DNA of 64,000 nucleotides from a virus (Duplodnaviria > Caudoviricetes), in IMG/VR virus record IMGVR_UViG_3300031420_000495, positions 96,001 to 160,000 of that record; one strand, 5' to 3'. Positions 38,901 through 47,829 of this stretch are shown here, piece after piece. Position 1 is the stretch's first letter, and each line of letters opens with the position of its first letter. Under the pieces are notes generated by a model that searched no databases, was not told the origin of the DNA, and saw only the letters and a program-made list of their open reading frames with translations. A program made the translations under genes and the position numbers.

Positions 38901-40895
38901 GTGCAGGTCGACCATGAATGGTGCAGTCTTTTCAGACGGACGTGATGGCGAAGTTCCGTAGTAGAACATACCGGCCGACACGTTGATTGCACGTGGGATG
39001 GTTGGGTTTTCAGTAACGATCGAACCAGAAACAAACACTGGGCCTACTGCATCGCGCAGATAGGTTTCAATGACGTTACCGTGATTCTTGATGTCAATTG
39101 TCAGCGCACCGATACTTACGATCGAATCAGCGCTTGCACTTGCACGACCAAGGTGGATGGTCGTGTAGTTGTCCGTCATCGTTGCCGATGTCAGAACAGC
39201 TCCATTCTTGTTGACGTACACATACGTCGATTCACCAGGTGCAAGAGTGATAGTGGTTGCTGGCCATGAAACACGAGTGACGTTACCATCCTTGCGGAGA
39301 TAACCAGCACCGGCAGTTACAGCTACAGTTCGGCCACCAGCTGGCGTAAGATCGCCGCCTTCGAGAAGACCCAGTGGTGCAGTCTCGATGATGAGGTCAG
39401 TTACGTCTGTCAACAGCGATTGTGTTGCGCCAAGATTCAGTTTACCGACGATGTTGATACCCTGGACCAGTGGGTCCAGATACATGATCGAAATTTCATC
39501 GGAAGCTGAGTATACTTTCGAAGCGGCGGCAATACCTTGGAATGCACCATGGCATTCTGGATGTTCGATGCGAAGGTCGGTTGTGTTGGATTCAAGACCG
39601 ATCGTGTAGCAGTTGAGCATCGGCGGTGCGCCGGCGTTCTCAACCCAGATTGCGGTTTCAAAACCACGGAACGTCGTGCCAACTGTACGGAATGTACCAC
39701 CGTCACGCAGGTGGATACCTGTTCCGTTTGGTGCGCCTGATGAAGTGCGGAACAACGAACCCATGATGACAGCTTCAGCACCTGTACCAGAAATGTAACC
39801 GAACTTGGTTGCATACGGTGGAAGCGATCCACGTGTCGTGCACGAACGCATCAACAGACGTGCGGTACCGCCGTTTGTCGATTCGACATAGAAACCGATG
39901 TCATACGGCTGCGATCCACCGAATTGGCAATTCGACATGTAAAGTGCGGTATAGCTGCCGGAAGATGATACTGTAACGTTGCGGGCATTGCGACCGAAGC
40001 GAACAGCTTCGACGAAGAACGAACGCGTGACCTGGTTCATCTCTGCGTTGTCGAAACGAATCGCGCTTGCGTTAGGTCCGTATGAATCGCCAAGAGCAAT
40101 GTTCTCGATCGACGAGTCGATAACGGCCAGGATCAGGTCAGCATTTGGATTCAGCGAGTGTACGATTACAGAAGTTGAATTGTCACCAACAACCGAAACG
40201 TAACGTTTCATCTGAATTGGGTTGTCTTCGTAATACGAACCGCCCGCCACTTTGATGACGTAACGATTCTCTACAGCAGCATCGGTGATGCTTGCGATTG
40301 CAGCTTTGATCGAGGCGAACTGGCCTGGACCTGGATTCTTTTGAACAATGAGAGTGTTCTTCGTGCTGAGACGAAGATCGCGTTCGCGTACGAACGATTC
40401 CCATTCTCCAGCGACAGCACCTTCAAACTGTGCTGTTTCAGAGTTGAAACGCATCTTGCCAGGGCCGGCAGTTGGACGCTGCGCAGTCGTTCCAGATGTC
40501 AGTGTGATCGCACCTGTTCCTGGCAACACAATGTTGTCAGCAAGTCCGATACTAAATTTACCTCCTGCACCGCCGTCGATTGTGACGACCTGATTTGCGG
40601 TTCCAACTACTTGACGTGAAGATGCACGAAGCGGGCCTTCATCTTCGCTGGTCAACAGAGAAATGTTGAAACGTTCGTCAGTATACGAAACAGCATCGGT
40701 GATACCGTATGCAGAGATAGTCGTTGGATTTTCGCCATGGATGACGCGACCCTGTTCATTGACAGTGACACGTGTATAAGTACCACCACCAACCCCGGTA
40801 GGATTCAATTGTTCATCAGTAACCGCGGCTGGCGCGATGTCTTCCGTCTCGATGGTGAAGTCGAGAATTTGCTTACCTGGAATGTGTGTCTTCAC
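35943..40895 (-). CDS. Long tail fibre protein (1650 aa) with beta-helix-like domain and repeats
   Basis: GTY..VT....GRV..G..PTTL.GYGITDA repeated four times plus a partial fifth; DLAA.E.L.T.G.AVR.G.DTWATR repeated three times; TAAATA at about 40954. Confidence 0.85.
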   Translation of the reverse strand: MKTHIPGKQILDFTIETEDIAPAAVTDEQLNPTGVGGGTYTRVTVNEQGRVIHGENPTTISAYGITDAVSYTDERFNISLLTSEDEGPLRASSRQVVGTANQVVTIDGGAGGKFSIGLADNIVLPGTGAITLTSGTTAQRPTAGPGKMRFNSETAQFEGAVAGEWESFVRERDLRLSTKNTLIVQKNPGPGQFASIKAAIASITDAAVENRYVIKVAGGSYYEDNPIQMKRYVSVVGDNSTSVIVHSLNPNADLILAVIDSSIENIALGDSYGPNASAIRFDNAEMNQVTRSFFVEAVRFGRNARNVTVSSSGSYTALYMSNCQFGGSQPYDIGFYVESTNGGTARLLMRSCTTRGSLPPYATKFGYISGTGAEAVIMGSLFRTSSGAPNGTGIHLRDGGTFRTVGTTFRGFETAIWVENAGAPPMLNCYTIGLESNTTDLRIEHPECHGAFQGIAAASKVYSASDEISIMYLDPLVQGINIVGKLNLGATQSLLTDVTDLIIETAPLGLLEGGDLTPAGGRTVAVTAGAGYLRKDGNVTRVSWPATTITLAPGESTYVYVNKNGAVLTSATMTDNYTTIHLGRASASADSIVSIGALTIDIKNHGNVIETYLRDAVGPVFVSGSIVTENPTIPRAINVSAGMFYYGTSPSRPSEKTAPFMVDLHRAGGQVASTFVQQVPNDTIDNGTDLVPMTPGYYTKHALYTVSEGPFQTYYLSHGQVEYATEDEARTAPIPVPRVAPDATPAIAALVMRQGVDSIIEILDIRPMFMRAIQGTSGGTLHHGDLLGLEDDDHPQYMLATGQRALTGDLNLGGNDITNLDEINGIRFNAHGSRHTPNGADPIPTGPAITLTAASANTTGVTNFLARADHTHQITGFQPVNAELTALTAITGAGLAVHGHSADQTTHVWLTRSIQGAGGRINVTNGDAQAGNPTIDLAPAGTAGTYAQVTTDTFGRVTSGSATLDWTSITNAPSTLSGYGITDAQFKDDLLTTLADLNGNGIFVITGESTATTRSLIGPAAGVIVTNGSGVGGNPTISLGNDLAAVENLATTGFAVRAGTDTWATRSITTPNDGLVTTNGTGVGGNVIIGLEKDLAALEALTTIGFAVRTGADAWATRTLTGASGNIVITTGAGSTADPVINLATVGTPGTYGLVTTDTFGRVVSGTRPTTLVGYGITDAVSSSQVGAVNGIATLGSDGKLTSSQLPALAITDTFVVASQAAMLTIAGAEVGDVAVRTDLNRSFILRAPGANVLANWQELLTPTDAVLSVNGQTGVVNINTGVMSISAAAPTAGLTITGGTITSTGTLTFALANDLAAVEGLATNGIAVRTAADTWATRAITAGTGITITNGDGIAGNPTISLPSVGTAGTFRSVTTDAQGRVTAGTNPTTLAGYGITDAVNVSNVTSANTASTVVGRDASGNFSAGTITAALNGNASTATLAANATKLATARTINGVAFDGTADITVPTNLTDVVAAGTYDRVTVNTKGIVTGGDVTTDRMNLMYSGSIASQSGTSTIPLTATSAPTTSQGTQLVSQVITPASTASRIIIEFSGIIDTSFNGGVFLSFFRGTTCIGAVVSATQAAAGSSTVSMPETFSVRIIDTPGVTTSQTYSIRIGGNAAGTWYLGRTSGLSIGGVSRSHWSMTEII

Positions 40896-40917
40896 ACTTA
40901 TGTCCTTCGTTTAAGTG

Positions 40918-40938
40918 AACGGGCCAACATGGCCCGTT
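40918..40938. other. Hairpin AACGGGCC-AACAT-GGCCCGTT in the fibre gene leader
   Basis: Perfect stem; same loop as the hairpin at 10144. Confidence 0.6.
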
Positions 40939-40956
40939 CTATTTTGTATTAGCTAT

Positions 40957-42339
40957 TTATTTGAAGTAGCTTACGCGAAGTTTGTCAGTCGGTTCGAGTG
41001 GGAACAGCATGGTGATGGTATCGCCTGCGATCGTGTAGTCATTGCCTGCGCCTGGGTCTTGCAGCAGACCGTTGACGTAAACGCATTCAGTTCCTGCACG
41101 TGGGACAGCTGCCAGGGTGAACGTGTCGTTTACGCCGTCCATTGCACCAGCAGGAGTTTCACGATTGACCATGTCCGCAACGCGGACAACAGTCGCTGGG
41201 TTGATGGAAACCACACCAGCTTCGCTGATCGTTACGTCACCCGACAGAGCAACAGCGACGTTGCCTTCGGCCGTACCCATGATGATCGAACCAGGGTTAA
41301 CTGGTGCCAGCTTGTCGAGGGTTACGGAATCGTCAGCGAGTTCATTCGTGCCAACAACACCAGCGCCGATTGTGGTCGCACCGGTTGCGTCGATCGTGAT
41401 GTCGCCCGAAACAGTCGTGTAGGTTGGTGTGCCATCAGCAGCGGCAACGATGATCTGTCCTGCGCCACCATCAACGAGCTTGGTCAGAGCCAGCGAGTTG
41501 TCTTCGATGGTTGCAGCACCAACTGCACCAGCCGAGATACGTGCAACGCCACCTGCATCGATCGTGATGTCACCAGTGATCAGGCGTGGAGTTGGAACAC
41601 CATCAGCGTCACCAACGAGCATTTGTCCTGGAGCCATGTCGGCCAGTTTCAGACCGCCTTCGCCAACAGTCAGCGATGGACCGTCGAGAACGAGGTCAAC
41701 ACCACCAGCAGTTACATTGAGCGCGTCGGATGCGGAAACGACCGAAACGACGTTACCGACTTTCGCCAGACCAACACCTGCTTGGATGATACCAGCCGAC
41801 GAGAACTGTGCGAATGGAAGTGGGGTCGTGCCGAGTGTGGTTGGACCAGTCGAGGTCAGAACCCAACCAGTGCCAGCAGCTGTGTCACCTTCTTCGACGA
41901 AGGTGAACAGACCAGGTGTTACGTCAGCAGCAGTGGTTGCGTCAGGCGAACGTGTCCAGCCACCAGCCGAAACGACGTAGATACCGTTTGCCAGGTCGCC
42001 AGGTTGTGCAGTCAGCAGAACGCGGTCGCCTGCGACAAGTGCAACACCGTCGATTGTTTGAAGACCGGAAGCAGTGACAGCTTCGGTTGCAACTGCGCGA
42101 ACCGATGCCTTGACGTCCAGACCTTGGGCGGTCGAATCAACGTATGCTTTGGTTGCGAGGTCAGCCGCAGCGACTGGTGCGACACCAGTTACTGGAGCGG
42201 TGAAGCCAACGGAACCATCGCTCTTGACGAGCAGTTCGTTGTCTTGGATTTTTGCGAGCTCGATACCGGCAGCGAGTTCGGTGTTGGTTACGCTGCCTTC
42301 GAGGATTTGCGTATTACCGCGGATTTTGGTCAGTGCCAT
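40957..42339 (-). CDS. Fibre-like virion structural protein
   Basis: TKAYVD..GLDVKASV..GDRVLL..NGIY module; SGDITI repeats; late promoter at about 42381. Confidence 0.75.
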   Translation of the reverse strand: MALTKIRGNTQILEGSVTNTELAAGIELAKIQDNELLVKSDGSVGFTAPVTGVAPVAAADLATKAYVDSTAQGLDVKASVRAVATEAVTASGLQTIDGVALVAGDRVLLTAQPGDLANGIYVVSAGGWTRSPDATTAADVTPGLFTFVEEGDTAAGTGWVLTSTGPTTLGTTPLPFAQFSSAGIIQAGVGLAKVGNVVSVVSASDALNVTAGGVDLVLDGPSLTVGEGGLKLADMAPGQMLVGDADGVPTPRLITGDITIDAGGVARISAGAVGAATIEDNSLALTKLVDGGAGQIIVAAADGTPTYTTVSGDITIDATGATTIGAGVVGTNELADDSVTLDKLAPVNPGSIIMGTAEGNVAVALSGDVTISEAGVVSINPATVVRVADMVNRETPAGAMDGVNDTFTLAAVPRAGTECVYVNGLLQDPGAGNDYTIAGDTITMLFPLEPTDKLRVSYFK

Positions 42340-42399
42340 TGAAGAGCCTCTTTAAATAGTTCATGGGAAGATATGTTCTATATTTATAGAGATGTGCTC

Positions 42400-43041
42400 T
42401 TATGCCACTACGTAGTCCACCACAATATTCTGCCCTTCGTCAATTTGTTCAGACGTAAGTGCAAATTGCAAGCGGATTTCTGTTGCATTCACTTCAAAGA
42501 AGTCAACACCGCGTTTCTGCCTTGCGCCGCCCACATAGACAGCCGTTGTGCCAGGTCGGTATGCGCTCGGGGTCGTAATGACCGTCTCGTCACCTTCGAC
42601 AGCAGAAGTGATTTCAGCATCGACAGCTTGACCGCCAGATGTCGGGTTGCCTTGAAGCAAATAATCCAGGGCTTCACTGAAGTTTGTGAGTCCTGGATAG
42701 TTCGGGTTTGCAAATGTGTTTGAAAGACGGTCGAGCGTTCCAGCTGTCAGGCGATGGTCGACAAGTGTGTCGTTGCCTTGCGAAGCGGACCAAGCGCGAG
42801 CTTCAGTTCCTTCTCTTGCACGCTCGATTGTGAAGACGTCGCCATTCCGTTCGTAGACGTGGACGATTTCCTGTATCGATGCGCTTTGATCTTCGAGCGT
42901 GACAGTGAAGAATTCATTCGCTTGGGGCGTAGGGAATTGCTCGCCATGTCCAGGAAGGACGCGAAGGGTCGTGTCTGTTGGACCAATGTTACCCGCAAGA
43001 AGCGAAACAGCATTGTTTGTAAAGAGTTGCTTCAGAGCCAT
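42400..43041 (-). CDS. Virion structural protein
   Basis: LFTNNAVSLL..EIV.V..R.GD.FTI.RA.EGT.A..W pattern. Confidence 0.7.
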   Translation of the reverse strand: MALKQLFTNNAVSLLAGNIGPTDTTLRVLPGHGEQFPTPQANEFFTVTLEDQSASIQEIVHVYERNGDVFTIERAREGTEARAWSASQGNDTLVDHRLTAGTLDRLSNTFANPNYPGLTNFSEALDYLLQGNPTSGGQAVDAEITSAVEGDETVITTPSAYRPGTTAVYVGGARQKRGVDFFEVNATEIRLQFALTSEQIDEGQNIVVDYVVA

Positions 43042-43250
43042 TACGACCTCACTTTACCGTCAAAGCGAGATACGATTTCCAGCAGCGCTTTCTTGGATTT
43101 ATCTTCGGAGTCTGCGAACTCAACTTGGAATGCTGATGCATTCTTCAGTGGAACGAGGACTGTTAGCTTTTCGATACCGTGCTCGAACGTATATGATTGG
43201 TATGCAATCTTGCCGGCGTTGGCATCCAGCTCTTTGAGAAGCGATTTCAT
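43041..43250 (-). CDS. Hypothetical protein
   Basis: Coupled ORF. Confidence 0.6.
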   Translation of the reverse strand: MKSLLKELDANAGKIAYQSYTFEHGIEKLTVLVPLKNASAFQVEFADSEDKSKKALLEIVSRFDGKVRS

Positions 43251-43747
43251 TTCGATCCTCCGCCACGGTAATCGCTGTAATATTTGAGGAACTTGTCGCG
43301 TGAGAACAGGTCGTTACCGATGTCACGTTTCAAGTCGATGATCTGATCGAGACGAATGAGCACCTGCTCTTGGGCATCGGTGTCCATTGCGACAATGAGT
43401 AGGCCTTTGGCCAGTTCGCCTCGTTTATGGAGTTTGTAACCTTTGACGATCGCGTCAGCAGGACCGGCAGCACTGCGCCAGGTGACTACGTCGTTTGGTT
43501 GTGGAAGCTGATACTTACGAGAAAGTGGACCAAGCGATCGAAAGACCTTTGGCCCCTTGAGAAACTCAACAGTCTTGCCGTTGATCTTTGAGATGTCGAA
43601 AAAGTAGACAGCGTCGGACGGGATAGAAGGGGTGTGCTGTACGTAGACCGCAGGACCCTTATCACGATAGTTTGTGTACGATAGGACCTGAAACGAGACA
43701 CCATCTTTCGTTTCAATCGTGTCGCCTTTTAATGGAATAACGAGCAT
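43247..43747 (-). CDS. Hypothetical late protein
   Basis: TAAATA at about 43776. Confidence 0.7.
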   Translation of the reverse strand: MLVIPLKGDTIETKDGVSFQVLSYTNYRDKGPAVYVQHTPSIPSDAVYFFDISKINGKTVEFLKGPKVFRSLGPLSRKYQLPQPNDVVTWRSAAGPADAIVKGYKLHKRGELAKGLLIVAMDTDAQEQVLIRLDQIIDLKRDIGNDLFSRDKFLKYYSDYRGGGSK

Positions 43748-43804
43748 CTAAGTTTCACCAAGGATTGTTTCCACTATTTATGGAAACAATCGACTCGGTG
43801 ACGC

Positions 43805-43972
43805 TTACTCGTCCTGATCGTCTTCTTCCTCGTCCAGGTCTTCCAGCATTTCCTCTTCCTGGAGTTCGCGGATATAGTTCTTGAAAGTCACACGACGCTT
43901 ACGCGCCAGAATGTCCTCACTCTCTTTTGTCTTCTTGCGACGAGGACTTCTGTTATCGATGTGTTCACCCAT
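43805..43972 (-). CDS. Small charged protein
   Basis: Start MGEHID; basic N-terminal half, acidic tail. Confidence 0.55.
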   Translation of the reverse strand: MGEHIDNRSPRRKKTKESEDILARKRRVTFKNYIRELQEEEMLEDLDEEEDDQDE

Positions 43973-43976
43973 ATTA

Positions 43977-44870
43977 CTACGTTCCCTTTGGAAGATAAAT
44001 TCTGGCCTCTGGTTGGTTACGACCAATCCGTAACAGGCCAATCATGTCAACTGATAGCTCGCCGAAGTATTCCATCTTCAGTGAGGTCGTATTCACTAAC
44101 GCGAATCTCTTGTCTTTCAGATAGTTATTGTACGCCATTTGGCGCCAACGGTACACTATCTTTTTCAGCGTAGCGATGTCATTATTTACCGCAATTTCAA
44201 TGTCAGACTGCATAAACTTCTGCAGTTGTGCTTGCCATCCACGACGCTTGAAGTTCCCGATTAGCGTGTCCTCGTAGAGGACGTCGCCATTGGACATGTG
44301 CGTCAGCTTGACATTACCACGAATCGGCCCAGCATATCGCTTCGCCTCTTTGCGCAGATCGATGCCTTCCCAATCCTTGAGAGTCGTTGTGCGAATATTG
44401 CCGGGTTCCCAACCAGTCAGGTTCGAGCCCGTGATCTTTGCGTAGGTGGAATTGAATTCTCCAAGATCGCTGCGAAGCAGGTCGACAGCCGGATCGGAAT
44501 CCTTGCTGATCTTGAAGCCGGCAACAGCGTGATGCGCTGTCTCGTATCGACCGCCCTTCATCTCGGCAAAGTCAACTCCGTCGGTGACAAGATCGATGGC
44601 CGAGTTCTTGCCGCCGAGTTGAATGTTGTCGAAAACAAACCAGACTACGAGTTCACCAGGTCCGACACCGTCTGGACGAAGTGCGCTGATAGCTTTTGCC
44701 TGAGTTGGGAAGTGGGTCACAAAGTTGTTGTACTTGGCTTGGAAAGTTCCCGGTTCAGCCTTCGCGAAGAAAGGCTGAAACTCGGAAACTGGAACAGATA
44801 CTGCATCTGCTAATTCTTCACGGCCGATAGTTTTTACATTTGGATTCTGTGGGTTAAAACCGATTGACAT
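43977..44870 (-). CDS. Hypothetical protein, possible PD-(D/E)xK nuclease fold
   Basis: GVGPGE..IDL..AEMK spacing. Confidence 0.5.
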   Translation of the reverse strand: MSIGFNPQNPNVKTIGREELADAVSVPVSEFQPFFAKAEPGTFQAKYNNFVTHFPTQAKAISALRPDGVGPGELVVWFVFDNIQLGGKNSAIDLVTDGVDFAEMKGGRYETAHHAVAGFKISKDSDPAVDLLRSDLGEFNSTYAKITGSNLTGWEPGNIRTTTLKDWEGIDLRKEAKRYAGPIRGNVKLTHMSNGDVLYEDTLIGNFKRRGWQAQLQKFMQSDIEIAVNNDIATLKKIVYRWRQMAYNNYLKDKRFALVNTTSLKMEYFGELSVDMIGLLRIGRNQPEARIYLPKGT

Positions 44871-44935
44871 ACGAGCATAAAATTCATCCTCGTGTGGTGC
44901 ACTTGTTGTAAACTCTTTTGGTTATTGCGAGGCTC

Positions 44936-45505
44936 TTAAACGGGAGGAAGTTCCCAGAGCTGATGAGTTATTGTACCAAGTCTATCGGAAATAATCTGGG
45001 AAACTTTCGTCCAGTCACCATTTGCAAGACCGCAGCCGATCAGCGGGTAATGCACGTCTGCTTTGTTGTTCAGCGCAAAGTTCTTCACGCTGTGGAAACC
45101 CATCTCCAACGCTTCGTATGAAGTGTAAACGCGGGAAGTATCACGACCGTAGAACTGCTGGCCGACGATGCTCGCAACCCACAGTCCAGGTTCAACCTCG
45201 GTGTAGATCACTTTCCCCATGTACTGAAAACCTTTGTCAGGCTGATTCGGCTTGACGATTGCGCTGTAGTCGTCCCAGACTTTCGGCCAGCGATCGCGAA
45301 TCTGTTTCGCGATGCCTCCGCCCATGACACCTTGCGCGTTGACTTGGTGCACGATGATGCCCTTGTCAACTTGCTCGATCAGGTCGCCGATTCGTGCACC
45401 ACGTGCTCTGGATTCAGCCATCAGCTCGCCGCGTTTGATGGCGGCTTCCAGAACTTCTTCAGTCACTGGTTGACCACCGCCTGGTTTTGCTTTTATGGTT
45501 TTCAC
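44936..45505 (-). CDS. Macrodomain (ADP-ribose processing) protein
   Basis: GDL..IIVHQVNAQGVMGGGIA..HYPLIGCGLANGDW. Confidence 0.9.
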   Translation of the reverse strand: MKTIKAKPGGGQPVTEEVLEAAIKRGELMAESRARGARIGDLIEQVDKGIIVHQVNAQGVMGGGIAKQIRDRWPKVWDDYSAIVKPNQPDKGFQYMGKVIYTEVEPGLWVASIVGQQFYGRDTSRVYTSYEALEMGFHSVKNFALNNKADVHYPLIGCGLANGDWTKVSQIISDRLGTITHQLWELPPV

Positions 45506-45852
45506 AGCGATTCCTTTTTCATAATCAGCTCTTGAAGCTGCACGTTGGCATCATGCACAACGCGCTGCTGCGTCTTGATCTGGGAGTTGATCACGTTGAC
45601 GCGATGCGCCAATGCTTCTTCTTTAGTTTCGAACAGCATGGCATCCATCCGCCGAGCAAATGGATTTCCAGGGAACACCATGCCATTGCTGGACCTGATG
45701 TACTTGTACTTTTGATCGAACTGAGAGACCTGCATGACTTGCAGGTCCGAAGAATCGACGAGCCACATGGCTTGAGTCGTGTCTATCCTTTCGCACCTGC
45801 ACGGAATTTTGCCGCAGCCGCTGCACGCCATTTCACTAGCGTAATGTCCCAT
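45502..45852 (-). CDS. Hypothetical protein with CxxC motif
   Basis: Likely start MGHYASE. Confidence 0.55.
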   Translation of the reverse strand: MGHYASEMACSGCGKIPCRCERIDTTQAMWLVDSSDLQVMQVSQFDQKYKYIRSSNGMVFPGNPFARRMDAMLFETKEEALAHRVNVINSQIKTQQRVVHDANVQLQELIMKKESL

Positions 45853-45853
45853 G

Positions 45854-46942
45854 TTACACCGCCATATCGAGTTTGATGGATTCTTGTGGATCGTAGTCAA
45901 CGAGTGCGTGGATGTCGTCCATGCGGAACCCGTCGATTTCGGTGATGCTCGTGTTCAGCGACAGCTTCGGCGGCATCGATGGAACGCGCTCGAGTTGTTG
46001 CTCTGCACCTTCCAGGTGATTCTTGTAGATGTGCGTGTCGCCCAGGTTCATGATGAGACGGCCGACAGACAGGTTGCAGACTTGCGCGAGCATGTGAGTC
46101 AGTAGAGCGTAGGACGCAATGTTGAACGGCAGACCGAGCATCGTGTCGATCGAACGCATGTACACGCTGCAGGACAGACGACCTTTCTCGACGAAGAACT
46201 GTGCCATCATATGGCAAGGTGGCAAAGCCATCTTGTCGATTTCACCGACGTTGAATGCGGTGATCAGCATCCGACGATCGGTTGGATTTTCTTTCAGTTT
46301 CTTGACCAGCTCGGCAACTTGGTCGACGGCCGAACGTTCGTAAACGTCCATGCTCATGATATTAGATTCAGCTTTGTTCAGCGTGTATTTCGGCCAGTGT
46401 CGCCATTGGAATCCGTAAATGTGACCAACGTGTCCTGGATAGTTTGCCTTTGGTTTCCAGTAGTCTGCATTCGCGTTATCGGTCCAGATTGTTTTCTTCG
46501 AATCATCGCGAGTCCCATGAAGTATTTCGCACAGGCGACGTTCATCGTCCGATCCTTCGAGGAACCAGATCAGTTCAGACTTGACGGCTTTCCACGCCAG
46601 CTTCTTCGTGGTGACTGCTGGAAAACCTTTCTGCAGGTCGATGTCCAGGTGCTTGCCGAAAATTGCACGGGTACCCACGCCGGTACGGTCGATGCGATCA
46701 TCGCCTTCTTCCAGGATTTCGCGGATGAGGTCGAGGTACTGCCATTCCCACGTATCGCTACGTGACTCGAACAGACCCGGCATTGCGGTTTCGAGCTGAT
46801 CGATCAGGCCGGCGAACATGTTGTTCAGTGCACTACCGTTGCCATGCTCACCTTCGCGAGCAGCGAAGGCAGCAGACAGTTCTTCGGCTTCTTGCATCGC
46901 AGCAATGGTTGTTTCATTCGGCACTTTGTTTTCTTCAGACAT
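45854..46942 (-). CDS. thyA: Thymidylate synthase
   Basis: DRTGVGT, YGFQWR, ALPPCH, MRSID..LGLPFNIASY, DTHIY. Confidence 0.97.
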   Translation of the reverse strand: MSEENKVPNETTIAAMQEAEELSAAFAAREGEHGNGSALNNMFAGLIDQLETAMPGLFESRSDTWEWQYLDLIREILEEGDDRIDRTGVGTRAIFGKHLDIDLQKGFPAVTTKKLAWKAVKSELIWFLEGSDDERRLCEILHGTRDDSKKTIWTDNANADYWKPKANYPGHVGHIYGFQWRHWPKYTLNKAESNIMSMDVYERSAVDQVAELVKKLKENPTDRRMLITAFNVGEIDKMALPPCHMMAQFFVEKGRLSCSVYMRSIDTMLGLPFNIASYALLTHMLAQVCNLSVGRLIMNLGDTHIYKNHLEGAEQQLERVPSMPPKLSLNTSITEIDGFRMDDIHALVDYDPQESIKLDMAV

Positions 46943-46970
46943 TGTATTTCCTTGTTAAGATGACAACGTC

Positions 46971-47531
46971 TTATTCTACACTATCTGACAACATTTCTCC
47001 CGTGGAATAAAGATCGAGCAGCGCGGCTTGGATCAGCTTGAACGTCATGTGGTAATGCAGGTACGAGGCGAACTCGTCACGATTGCCAGCGACGTTCAGA
47101 ACGTTGATGTTCTTCTTGCGAATCCAGTTCGCCAGCTTCTTGGCTTCGACGAGCAGTTCTTCGTTGGTGTAGCTTTCGGTAAGGCCGATTTGCAGGCAAG
47201 GCTTCTTCAGCTTCACCGTCAGGCTGTGCGTGAGAACACTACCGGCCGATGCCATGTTCGTGCCGATGATGACAGTGCCGTCCGAGTTCTTGACGTTCAG
47301 CCGCGTGCGTGGTGGGTATGCGAACGACAGGTCTTCGACGAGACAGAGCTTCGCGAGCGAGGGATCATTGCCGCGCGATGTGCGGTATCCCAGCGGAGCG
47401 TGTCCGCCGGTTGCGACACCGAGTTCAGCAGCAGCATCGATGCCACCACGGTCGGCACCAGTTTGTCCACCGGAAATCACTTTGGATAGTCCGGCGTATT
47501 TCGGTTTGTGGAATTTCAAAACGTTAGTCAT
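46971..47531 (-). CDS. SLOG-family protein (putative molybdenum-carrier-like)
   Basis: KVISGGQTGADRGG..RTRLNVKNSDGT..LNVAGNR. Confidence 0.85.
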   Translation of the reverse strand: MTNVLKFHKPKYAGLSKVISGGQTGADRGGIDAAAELGVATGGHAPLGYRTSRGNDPSLAKLCLVEDLSFAYPPRTRLNVKNSDGTVIIGTNMASAGSVLTHSLTVKLKKPCLQIGLTESYTNEELLVEAKKLANWIRKKNINVLNVAGNRDEFASYLHYHMTFKLIQAALLDLYSTGEMLSDSVE

Positions 47532-47829
47532 AATCTCTGTATCCTCGATTTTCCAAATATTCTTCTACATCAAATGTTGGGTCTCTTCGAGCCACTGCTT
47601 CGAGCAGCAGTTCGTTGTTTATTTCTATCAGTTCGCGAAGATCGTCAAGTCGTTCGCTTGTGTTTCTGGCGTGGATGAACCAGAAGAATGGGATGAGCAG
47701 TACGTACGCTGAAGTTCCCGACGGGAGAATTCCCCAGATGACTACGCACCATATCAGCGCGTAGACGACGCTCATGAGTTGGTTACCTATGCTAGTTGCT
47801 CGTTTCTCCATTTTGTTCCTCCCAGCCAC
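47524..47829 (-). CDS. Membrane protein
   Basis: Two TM helices. Confidence 0.6.
   Translation of the reverse strand: MAGRNKMEKRATSIGNQLMSVVYALIWCVVIWGILPSGTSAYVLLIPFFWFIHARNTSERLDDLRELIEINNELLLEAVARRDPTFDVEEYLENRGYRDYD

Noticed and set aside
40915-42342. 475 aa plus-strand ORF
   Set aside because: Antisense of a repetitive structural gene
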